The notes below the pieces were generated by a model. The model was not told the origin of the DNA. It did no database searches and saw nothing but the letters and a program-made list of their open reading frames with translations. Shown here piece after piece: positions 8,801 through 17,659 of a stretch of DNA of 20,000 nucleotides; the stretch's first letter is position 1, and each line of letters starts with the position of its first letter. The stretch spans positions 396,099 to 416,098 of the forward strand of contig BLSG01000410.1 of the NCBI GenBank assembly GCA_012862495.1, written 5' to 3'. Source of the DNA: Thraustochytrium aureum. Its lineage: Eukaryota. The translations under genes and the position numbers were made by a program.

Positions 8801-10616
8801 CCAGCCTCGAGCAGCGCAAGTTCGTGGAGGACCCGAACAGCGACGTCGCGGCCACTGTGCTCCACGGCAGCGAGGAACAATCCCGTATAGCACTGCGCCC
8901 CACACGGCGCATTGTCGCCGTCCGGCTCGCGGAGGTCGTCGCCGAAGACCACCCCAAATCGAATCGGTGCGCCATTCTTGACAAGGTGAAAGAGCATGGC
9001 CAAGATCTCTCGCGACGCGTCGTCCGCGGGGTCCAAGGCGACGATGCTGGTGTACAGATTCTTGCGCACGGGGATGAGCTGATATGACGGCTGCAGGAGC
9101 TGCTGCACGCTCGTCGGCCAGCGGGCGTAAAGCGCGTCCTTCTCGATGTTGTTGAGGAAAATGACCGAGCCCTTGGCCCCTGCGCGCAGGTTGACGCGCG
9201 TCCCGGCTTGCTTGAGCGCTCGCAACGCCTCAGCCTTGACCGCAGCGACAGGGTCGGCGGGTTCAGAAGCGTCGGCGTCCTCGTCCCCGCTGCCCGCGGC
9301 GGCGATCTTGAGCGCGGCGCGCTTGACAAGAGCAGGCGCACCACCTGGGACGGCATGCACGACGCTCTCGGGGAGCGGGACTTGGGCCGCCTTTGCGGCG
9401 AGAGCGGCCTCGCCTCGAATGGTCTCGAGGAGCCCGAATATATTGAAGGACTCGCTGGCGAGGTCAGCGCGGATGCCGTTGACAAAAATGACGCCTGCTG
9501 CGCTCTCGCCGAGATCGCGTGCGGTCATCGCCGAGCGAGAAAGTCGGCCGGGGTCTCGAGGTCCACGAGCGCCTTGGCGCGCAACGGAAAGTTGCTCGTC
9601 AAGTCTCGCCACTCCGCAAGTGGGTCGTCGCTCTTGACGACGCTCCAGGCCGCCTTCAAGCCCAGGTGCTTGATGTCTTGCTTGCTGATCTGCTCAATCT
9701 CGTTTTCGCCGGCAGCGGCCTTGGGCGGCTTCTCGGCGGCATTGGCGTCGGCGTCGACCGTTATGTACTCCATGTTCTTGATGTCGAGCGTGGCGCCGAA
9801 CCCTTGCAGCGCGGTGCTGCGCGAAACCTGCGGCGAGTCGGGGCTGCAGAAGTACCGCACCAAGTAGATGACAGGGCTCCCCTTGGCGTCGCCCTCGAGC
9901 AGATCGAGCATGGCCCGATGCATCGCGGCAAAGCTCTGCGTACCCAGAACGCCATGGACCACTACGACAACCCTGGGGCTGTTTCCGTCACGGTTGCACG
10001 AAAGCGGGTGGATGTGGTCAGACGGGATGGGCTGGAACGCGTCGCCTGGCTCAGAGGCGCACGCGTCGCTTGGCTCGGGCTCGCCGGCCGCTTCGACCGC
10101 CCCGAGCGAGCTTTTCACAGACGAAACCAGCTGGGCGGGCTCGAGCGCGATCTCGGCCCGCGGCGAGAGCCCTCCGCGCCGGGCGATGGCCGCCCACGCC
10201 TGGTCAGCGGGCGGCGCCGAGTCAGATCCGCGCTCGCTGCGCCACAGGTGCAACGCCAGCTGCCTCTGCTGCTCCAGCGCGGGTGACATGGCCCTCAAAT
10301 CAACTGCAAGTCCCTGAAGCGCTCGCCCCAAGCTGTCCTCCTCGCCCATCACCTCCCGCGCCACCGTGGCAGCTACTGCAGCGGCCTCTGCGCTCGTCTG
10401 CGCGTGCACTTCGCCCAGGGCAACGACAGCGTCCACAAACGGCCAAAACCTGTCTGCGCCAACAAACTCGCTCGCCTCCATGATCGGCGCATTCCGGTGG
10501 CTCGGCCACTGCGCCTCCAGCACGACCTCCACGCCGTGCGCGTCCCCGCCGAGCGCCGTGCCTGCCACGAGAGCGGCGCCGAGGCCGGCGAGGGCCGCAT
10601 TCTTCGTGAATCTCAT
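5872..10616 (-). CDS. UGGT: UDP-glucose:glycoprotein glucosyltransferase (thioredoxin-like domains + beta-sandwich + GT24), about 1580 aa, split by three frameshifts (~9535-9543, ~8339-8341, ~8196-8204)
   Basis: ATG at 10616 starts a signal peptide (MRFTKNAALAGLGAALVAGTALG), followed by 'LEAQW..PIMEASEF', 'LQGFGATLDIKNMEY', 'DLTSNFP', 'IFLNNIEKDALYARWP', 'DTLVMQNLGYWQLQAAPG'. GT24 motifs: IHVFSLASGALYERF, KQRIIWGYKILFLDVLFP, YVDADQ (DxD), NLDQDLPN, WLWCESWC, KTIDLCNNP. Stitched from ORFs 9525-11189, 8329-9612, 8043-8321 and 5872-8202. Confidence 0.97.
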
Positions 10617-10631
10617 CCCGCGCAGCAGGCA

Positions 10632-10796
10632 ATCGATGAGCCGCTGGATAGACCGATGGATCGAGTGAAGCCTATCGATCGATGGATAGACGGGCGGATC
10701 GATCGATCGTCGATCGATCGATCGATGGAAAGACAGACAGATCGATCGACAGTCGCTGGATAGATCGACCGGTGGATTGATCGGTGGATCGATCGA
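10632..10796. repeat. (GATC/ATCG)n-rich low-complexity tract just upstream of the UGGT ATG
   Basis: e.g. GGATCGATCGATCGTCGATCGATCGATCGATGG, mixed with GATA/GACA variants. Confidence 0.9.
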
Positions 10797-10804
10797 CGGC
10801 GTCT

Positions 10805-10854
10805 CAACGCGCGCCGATGCGCCACAACGCGCGCCGATGCGCGTCAACGCGCGC
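10805..10854. repeat. 20-bp tandem repeat, 2.5 units
   Basis: CAACGCGCGCCGATGCGCCA / CAACGCGCGCCGATGCGCGT / CAACGCGCGC. Confidence 0.9.
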
Positions 10855-11632
10855 GCACCTCCGGACGCCTCCTTCGCGCGCCGCCCGCGCGCTCCTTCCT
10901 GTCCCTGTTCGGTGTCTGCCGTCCCGGTCTCCTCCTGCTCTGCCGGTGTTCTTGCTCCTGCCGACAATCCACGCAGCCGCGGGAAGAGGAACGCGCGCAC
11001 ACCTCGGACACAAATCGAGCGAGACGCCCGTGCAGCTGGGTTGGTTTCTCCTGCAGCCTGAGAAACTATGCGTGCAGCCTTGGGCAACCATCGCGTGCAG
11101 CCTCCAGCGTTCCAGCCGGTTGCCAGTGCCACAGTGGGCCTGTCTTGGTCTGTGTGTCCCGATGCCCATCGCAAGTCGTCCATCGTCAATCCACTCTTGC
11201 TTGCGAGTCGGCACGGAGCGAAGTGGGCTTATCTGGCGTGTCCCCACTGGCGATGCTGTTGGCACTTGAGGCTGGCCAGCTCAGCCTGATGACACGGGCT
11301 TTCCGTTCGTCCTCCACTTGCGCAGCCTGCCGAGAACGGCGGTGATCGCCGCAAACCGCTGGGACTCGGCGGCCACCGCTGTCACGGTGCCCTTTATCAC
11401 TCACCCTGTCTCCGCAAGCCAAGAGGAAAGGAGAGTAGTGCGGACGATTCGCTCGACCCGGAAGCGAGGCTGCTTGCCTCACACTGCGCACGTGTTGAGA
11501 CAGGTGTTCACCGGCCCGGTGATGGTCAATGCCATGCAGAGCCCGCCTTGTTCGTTGATTGAATGAGGCGCAAGCGCGACCGGTGGGTCCAGTCACACAA
11601 CGCAAGAGGAGCGGACGCGACGGCGAAGGCGG

Positions 11633-12343
11633 NNNNNNNNNNNNNNNNNNNNNNNNNNNNNNNNNNNNNNNNNNNNNNNNNNNNNNNNNNNNNNNNNNNN
11701 NNNNNNNNNNNNNNNNNNNNNNNNNNNNNNNNNNNNNNNNNNNNNNNNNNNNNNNNNNNNNNNNNNNNNNNNNNNNNNNNNNNNNNNNNNNNNNNNNNNN
11801 NNNNNNNNNNNNNNNNNNNNNNNNNNNNNNNNNNNNNNNNNNNNNNNNNNNNNNNNNNNNNNNNNNNNNNNNNNNNNNNNNNNNNNNNNNNNNNNNNNNN
11901 NNNNNNNNNNNNNNNNNNNNNNNNNNNNNNNNNNNNNNNNNNNNNNNNNNNNNNNNNNNNNNNNNNNNNNNNNNNNNNNNNNNNNNNNNNNNNNNNNNNN
12001 NNNNNNNNNNNNNNNNNNNNNNNNNNNNNNNNNNNNNNNNNNNNNNNNNNNNNNNNNNNNNNNNNNNNNNNNNNNNNNNNNNNNNNNNNNNNNNNNNNNN
12101 NNNNNNNNNNNNNNNNNNNNNNNNNNNNNNNNNNNNNNNNNNNNNNNNNNNNNNNNNNNNNNNNNNNNNNNNNNNNNNNNNNNNNNNNNNNNNNNNNNNN
12201 NNNNNNNNNNNNNNNNNNNNNNNNNNNNNNNNNNNNNNNNNNNNNNNNNNNNNNNNNNNNNNNNNNNNNNNNNNNNNNNNNNNNNNNNNNNNNNNNNNNN
12301 NNNNNNNNNNNNNNNNNNNNNNNNNNNNNNNNNNNNNNNNNNN
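11633..12343. other. Assembly gap (N run)
   Basis: Run of N. Confidence 1.
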
Positions 12344-13414
12344 CGGGGTGCCGTGCCGCGCAGTCGTGCACGCCTCGCTCCGGGCACGGGTGCGCGTCGA
12401 CTTGGCCTCGACCCCAGCCCCGAAGCAAGCGCCGCCGATGAATCAACCATCGCCAGCGGACCAAACAAGCCCGCGCCAAAGTCAAGCCTGCTCTGGGTGA
12501 TGCACCTCCATGGCGGGGGCTACGTGTCTGGCACAAAGGTTGCTTCCCAGTCAGCAGGGTGGCACTACGGGCGCACCGGTCTAGAGCTCGACGAGCCCTG
12601 CGAAGCCGTCGTCGTCATGGTCGACTACGCCTTGGCACCAGAACAGCCCTTTCCGGCTGCTGTTGTCGACGCTGTTGCCGCATTCCTCTGGCACGCCGCT
12701 CTCCCCTCAGTGCGCGCCACACAGATCGTTCTCGCTGGCGAAAGCGCAGGCGGCGGGCTTACAGCAGCAACCCTGATCGCGCTGCGCGACGGCCTTGAAG
12801 CGCACGTTTCGCCAGCAGAGCTTGACCGTGTTGGGGCCAAGGTGGGGCGACGCGTCCCTGCGCGGCGCGTCATGCCCGCAGCGGCGGTGCTTTTCAGCCC
12901 AATGCTCGACACAAGGCACGACACAAAGTACTGTGCGCGCTTGTCAGGGTTAGACTTGATCACGCCCGCGGCTGTCCTCGGGAGCTCGAAGGCGTACGTG
13001 TCGTGTGAGCGGGTGGCAGCAACGAACGCCCTCGCCTCGCCGATCGTTGGCCAGCTTCACGACCTGCCGCCCATGCTGGTGACTGCGGGAACAGCCGAGA
13101 TTTTGCACCCTATCTGCGAAGCTTTTGTCGCTCGCGCCCGCGAGCACGACGCAACCAACGTGGTCGACTTCAAGCCGTGCCACGGCATGATCCACTCCTT
13201 CCAGCTCCAGTGGGAACACGGCTGTCTCCACAGCAGAAAGCTCTACAAGCAAGCCTTGGAGTTCGCGCTCCAGCACGCCACGCTTCCGCGAGGCGACCGC
13301 CGAGAGCTCGGGCCGCTTTCGCGCGCGTCATCGTTCGCTTCCGAGGTCTCCACGGCGTCAACGTCCGCGTCGTCTTTGAGCGAGCCAGGGTCCGCACTGT
13401 CGTCGGCGGCCTAG
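12344..13414 (+). CDS. Alpha/beta hydrolase, hormone-sensitive-lipase (GDXG, Abhydrolase_3) family esterase/lipase; 5' end in gap
   Basis: HLHGGGY oxyanion motif, VDYALAPEQPFPAAVVDA, nucleophile elbow GESAGGGL, LFSPMLD, ASP..GQLHDLPPMLVTAGTAEIL, catalytic His in GMIHSFQ; Ser-rich tail. The reading frame before ~12490 is uncertain (another frame gives GVPCRAVVH...). Confidence 0.92.
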   Translation, partial: RGAVPRSRARLAPGTGARRLGLDPSPEASAADESTIASGPNKPAPKSSLLWVMHLHGGGYVSGTKVASQSAGWHYGRTGLELDEPCEAVVVMVDYALAPEQPFPAAVVDAVAAFLWHAALPSVRATQIVLAGESAGGGLTAATLIALRDGLEAHVSPAELDRVGAKVGRRVPARRVMPAAAVLFSPMLDTRHDTKYCARLSGLDLITPAAVLGSSKAYVSCERVAATNALASPIVGQLHDLPPMLVTAGTAEILHPICEAFVARAREHDATNVVDFKPCHGMIHSFQLQWEHGCLHSRKLYKQALEFALQHATLPRGDRRELGPLSRASSFASEVSTASTSASSLSEPGSALSSAA

Positions 13415-13506
13415 CTCGGTGCTTTTTTATCGTTGCGACCGCCTTCGCCGCGACGCCACGAGCTTGCTCGAGGCGGAGAGCAAGCTCGTGGCGGAGAGCT
13501 CTCTCT

Positions 13507-14022
13507 NNNNNNNNNNNNNNNNNNNNNNNNNNNNNNNNNNNNNNNNNNNNNNNNNNNNNNNNNNNNNNNNNNNNNNNNNNNNNNNNNNNNNNNNNNNNNN
13601 NNNNNNNNNNNNNNNNNNNNNNNNNNNNNNNNNNNNNNNNNNNNNNNNNNNNNNNNNNNNNNNNNNNNNNNNNNNNNNNNNNNNNNNNNNNNNNNNNNNN
13701 NNNNNNNNNNNNNNNNNNNNNNNNNNNNNNNNNNNNNNNNNNNNNNNNNNNNNNNNNNNNNNNNNNNNNNNNNNNNNNNNNNNNNNNNNNNNNNNNNNNN
13801 NNNNNNNNNNNNNNNNNNNNNNNNNNNNNNNNNNNNNNNNNNNNNNNNNNNNNNNNNNNNNNNNNNNNNNNNNNNNNNNNNNNNNNNNNNNNNNNNNNNN
13901 NNNNNNNNNNNNNNNNNNNNNNNNNNNNNNNNNNNNNNNNNNNNNNNNNNNNNNNNNNNNNNNNNNNNNNNNNNNNNNNNNNNNNNNNNNNNNNNNNNNN
14001 NNNNNNNNNNNNNNNNNNNNNN
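13507..14022. other. Assembly gap (N run)
   Basis: Run of N; left edge ends in CTCTCTCT. Confidence 1.
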
Positions 14023-14607
14023 GTGGGCTTGCTACGGAGGTTCACGGGCGGCGGCACCGTCGTCGTGGACGGCAGCACCGTCTTCATCTCGTGGCTCCTT
14101 GGAACCCACCTTTTGCCGCACGTCAAGCCCTTCCCGCGCGGGATAATGTCCTGGTCTGGCTCCTTCTACGAGAAGGCGCTGACTTCGCTCGGCGTCGCCG
14201 GGTTTGCGCTCCGTGCGGACGACTACTGCGTCAACGACGTCAAGATCGCTGGCAACGCGCAAGCGATCAGTGGTGATCGGTGGGTCCACCACACGTCTTT
14301 CCTTTGGGACTATGACAGCGAGTTGATGAAGGTGCTGACGGTGCCGGAAAAGCAACCCGAGTACCGCGCGAACCGGGATCATGATAGCTTTCTCCGCAGG
14401 ATGCGCGAGATCGTCCCGCTAGGACCAGGCGGTTTGCGTCGTGGCCCAGAAGACCTGCTCGACGCCGTGGAGGCGCAGGCGCGGGAGGAGCTTGCTGGAG
14501 TTGCGACTGTCGAGCGCACGACGCTGGACGCGGTTCGGGACGTCATTGCAAAGCATCCGCCTTCGCGAGCGGTAACTCGCTGGGAGGTAGAAGCGCGCCT
14601 TGGCTAG
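14023..14607 (+). CDS. lplA: Lipoate-protein ligase A-like (BPL/LplA/LipB family), short form; 5' end in gap
   Basis: RRFTGGGTVVVD, DY...KIAGNAQ (catalytic Lys), RWVHHTSFLWDY, PEKQPEYRANRDHDSFL; stop TAG 14605-14607. Confidence 0.92.
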   Translation: MGLLRRFTGGGTVVVDGSTVFISWLLGTHLLPHVKPFPRGIMSWSGSFYEKALTSLGVAGFALRADDYCVNDVKIAGNAQAISGDRWVHHTSFLWDYDSELMKVLTVPEKQPEYRANRDHDSFLRRMREIVPLGPGGLRRGPEDLLDAVEAQAREELAGVATVERTTLDAVRDVIAKHPPSRAVTRWEVEARLG

Positions 14608-14678
14608 GTCAAAGCGCACCAGAGCCAAAGCGTCAAAGCGTTGATTGACATGGAGAAGATACAATCTTGTTGCTGCGT

Positions 14679-14701
14679 TGACTGACTGACTGGCTGACTG
14701 A
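14679..14701. repeat. Short (TGAC)n microsatellite
   Basis: TGACTGACTGACTGGCTGACTGA downstream of the ligase stop. Confidence 0.7.
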
Positions 14702-15002
14702 TCCATGATTCACATACTTTGAGTGATTCGGCTCGTTGCTTGCTTCTCTTGCGCAGGGAGAGTTGCGGGTTGCCCTCGCTGTGCGCCTCCTTCCCAGCCG
14801 CTTGTTCGAAACCCAACCCATCTCACTGGCAGTTCCCCGGTTTGCTCAGTTGCAATGGACATGGCATTCAATCAGCCGCTCCCAGCTCGAGCCCCGAGCT
14901 CGCTTGCGATGAGGATAGCAGCTAGACAAACGATTTTTAGTGTGACCCCAACGGGCTGTTGCGATTAACAAAGTCCCCAGCCCAAGCTTTGCGGCCTCAT
15001 TG

Positions 15003-16629
15003 CTAGATTTCCGTGCCCGCTTCAAGTTGCGTCTGCCCGACTCGGCCCTGCGTCTCCTTGATGAATTCGCGCTCGCGAAACCGCTCTTTTAGGTACATGA
15101 ACCTTGGCGTCGTCTGAAACTTTTTCCAAAGGTTGTGTTTCAGGAGCTGGAAGACCTCCCTCTGCGCCTTGTCGAAAGCATCCGCAGAACGGGTGGACTC
15201 GTCCTGGAACTGTCTCACGGCTTGCTCGCGCATTTCGTTGCTGATGTTGACGAGCATGGGCGAGTCTGGAAGCAGAAAGTCGTCCACGATCGCGGACCCC
15301 AGTTTCAAGAGCATAGCCGGATCATTGCTCGCGCCGAGCTCCTCGACTTTCTCTTTAAACTTTGCGACCCGCGTCCAGAACAAGATCGAGTCCTCCATGA
15401 AGTTTTGCACAACAAACCTTTTGAAGAACACGAGCCCTTGCGAGTTGCCCATCACCTTGTCCAGGGTGATCTCCTCCTCCTCGACCGACTGAAGGTTGCG
15501 AGCAGCTGAGAACGCTTCCATGGCTTTGATTGTGTTCTTCGTGCGCACACGGGCGTCGAAGCCGGAAGCCTTGCTGTAGTCCTTAATTGAGCTGGTTGCG
15601 ATGTTTGTCGTCATCGTTCTGAACAGGTGGTGCTCTTTGAAAGCGGCCTCGTGCTCTGCGAATAGCGCCACTACTTCAGACTTGACTTTGTCGAAAAGCG
15701 CCAGAGGAGGCGCATCGCGTCCGCCTTCCAGGTATTTTGCAGAATCTGCGAGCACCTGCTGAAGCGCGGGGAGCTGGACTTGACGGTAGCGCCGCACCAT
15801 GCGCTCGAGCCGCTTCGTTCGATTGGTGGGGTTGTTCTCGCTCTCAAAGTGAGCCACCTCCGCGAAGAGGTCGGCAAAGACCGGGCCATTTCCCTCGAGC
15901 AGATTGGCTTCCTCGACAAACTTCATCAAGAAAGTTGTTCCCAAGCGGGTGGCTCAGGATGAAGCTTATGTCCATTTGCTGCAAAAAGTCGCCGGCCTTC
16001 TCTGCAGCGTCGTTTGCGTCGCGGAAAAAACCTTGGTCACCACGAAGGTCAGCAAAGTGCGGCGAGGTCATAAATACTGGGAGGTAGGAGAACTTGATGT
16101 CCTGGAACGTCTTGAGCGAGGCAAAGATGAAGGCCTGCTTGAGTTTGACTGGGTCCGAGCAATTGACCTTGTACCTGCCCGATTCTCGGCCTGAGAGTGG
16201 CTTTATGTCGAGCACTTGAATGATCTGCTCGCGCGTGGCCCCGTCCAGCTCAATGTCGAAGCCGGAGTCTGAGCCGCCAGAAAGGTACTTTTCGAAAATC
16301 CTGCAAGCCGCTTCTTGCCTCTCGCGCACCGGAGTGTCCGGTGGAAGCTGGCGGTACTTGTCCGCGTCGAACCAAAACAGCAATTTGTGCTCGCCCAATT
16401 CGCCGCGCAGAAACGTCTTGAATGCTTCCGAGACGACCGGATCAGACACAATGCGCTCGAGCGTGGCGTCCGACAACCTGCGCTTCTTGTACACCATTGT
16501 GCGAAAGTTGGCATCCGACTCGGACAGCCTCAAGCTGCCGGCCCCTGCGCCTTTCGTGTCACGGTGCAGAGTAGACCCGTCCGCTTGCGACGGCGCAACC
16601 GAGTTCGCTGAGCTCGTGCACGCACCCAT
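15003..16629 (-). CDS. Regulator of G-protein signalling protein with three RGS domains and predicted N-terminal myristoylation/palmitoylation, about 540 aa; one frameshift at ~15931-15942
   Basis: Starts MGACTS. RGS1: TLERIVSDPVVSEAFKTFLRGELGEHKLLFW..ACRIFEKYL..YLPVFMTSPHF. RGS2: ISFILSHPLG/TTFLMKFVEE..LFDKVKSEV..AFKEHHLF. RGS3: TLDKVMGNSQGLVFFKRFVVQNFMEDSILFW..IVDDFLLPDSPMLVNIS..FDKAQREVFQLLKHNLWKKFQTTPRF. Joined from ORFs 15844-16629 and 15003-15944. Confidence 0.92.
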
Positions 16630-16907
16630 CTCTCCGATGAAGGCCTACGGAGCCAAGCGCCTCTTGCCTAATGTACAACCGGAGAGCCGACAGCCACTCG
16701 GCGGCACGTGCCCGTGCCGACAACCGCCGGCGCCGTTCGATCGCAGGTCGACTTCACGTGCCGCGTGCGGGCCTCCCTCCCCCCCTGTCTCAGGCCTAGG
16801 CCGGCCAGCTCTGTAGGCCGAGACCGCGACGGCCAGGAGTCGTCGCTGGTCCTGCTTTCAGGTCGCGCTCGCTTGTGGCGGTGCGCTCCAATGTGTCTGT
16901 CTGTTAG

Positions 16908-17411
16908 GCAAGCTCAGCGGATTCAACGTCGTTGATCGAAGCGCGAAATCGTTGTTCAAACGACTCTATCCGTTGCGTCTTTTCTTCGCACGCGAAGGAC
17001 CGCGCAGCGCTGCAGAACGCCTCTCCAGAAATGACAGAGCTTGGCAGCGTTTTGAGGCTTCCCCGCATCTGGCCTCACATGGCTCGAGATCGTTCGCCAC
17101 GTTGATGAGCTGATGAGCGGGGGCGCGGAATCAAGCGCCGCAGCGTGTGAGGTCCTCTGTACGCTACGCTGGAGTCCTTGTCGTTCAACGAGTTGTGCGC
17201 GAGCTGCACTGGCTGGCATCAAGATCAGCGGCAGCGCCATCAAAGCCATATCCTCCGTGCAAGCTCTCACCAAGGACGCCGGCCTGCATGCAGCCTGCGC
17301 GCAGCTCGTCCACCTCCACTTGCCCGCCAGGTGTTCGAAGACGAGTGCCGTCCCAACGGATCTACCCGCACCACAGTACTGACATTCAAAACTTACCTAT
17401 CAAAGTCTTGA
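16908..17411 (+). pseudogene. Possible degraded or mis-assembled coding fragment
   Basis: Protein-like segments in alternating frames (GLTWLEIVRHVDELMSGG, YATLESLSFNELCA, AALAGIKISGSAIKAISSVQALTKDAGLHAACAQLVHLH, LARQVFEDEC); no family recognised. Confidence 0.25.
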
Positions 17412-17470
17412 AATACGGTATACAAATAAGATCAAACATGACGAGTAGTATAGAGAGTCAATATAGTTTG

Positions 17471-17510
17471 GGTGTGGTCCAGAACAAGGGCGCAGGTGTG
17501 GTCCAGAACA
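17471..17510. repeat. 16-bp direct repeat pair
   Basis: GGTGTGGTCCAGAACA at 17471-17486 and 17495-17510. Confidence 0.9.
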
Positions 17511-17659
17511 TCTTGCGGGCAGAGTCGCTTCGCTTCGTCGGCGATCATCGTGCAGCTCGACCCAGCGCCCGCCCCCAGCGCTCCGCATTGGGTGCTCGCG
17601 GCAGGCGCAGCTCGCAGGTATCTCTCGCGGCGTGGCAGCGCGCTGCTCGTGGAGCGCAA

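Noticed and set aside
8190..9550. Micro-introns or Euplotes-style programmed frameshifting as the cause of the UGGT breaks
   Set aside because: No consensus GT..AG pairs at the breaks, protein spacing across them looks complete, there is no shared AAA-stop or slippery motif, and shifts go in both directions.
5872..10616. UGGT as a pseudogene
   Set aside because: All recognisable motifs are intact and there are no nonsense substitutions; the same indel pattern occurs in unrelated neighbouring genes.
10617..11189. 191-aa N-terminal extension of ORF 9525-11189 (SIDR/PSID-rich)
   Set aside because: It is largely a translation of the GATC tract and GC-rich upstream DNA; the signal peptide begins at ATG 10616.
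13419..13506. Short frame VLFYRCDRLRRDATSLLEAESKLVAESSL as the start of the lipoate ligase
   Set aside because: No ATG, only 4 nt after the hydrolase stop, and no recognisable LplA N-terminal motif; cannot be resolved because of the gap.
17391..17398. ACTTACCT resembling the U1 snRNA 5' end
   Set aside because: No U1 stem-loops or Sm site follow; it is just the reverse complement of a splice-donor-like AGGTAAGT.
17147..17659. N-terminal extension of the SSSCA1-like ORF from 17147
   Set aside because: It crosses an AT-rich patch and a direct repeat with non-coding-like composition; AAATG at 17660 directly precedes the first repeat.
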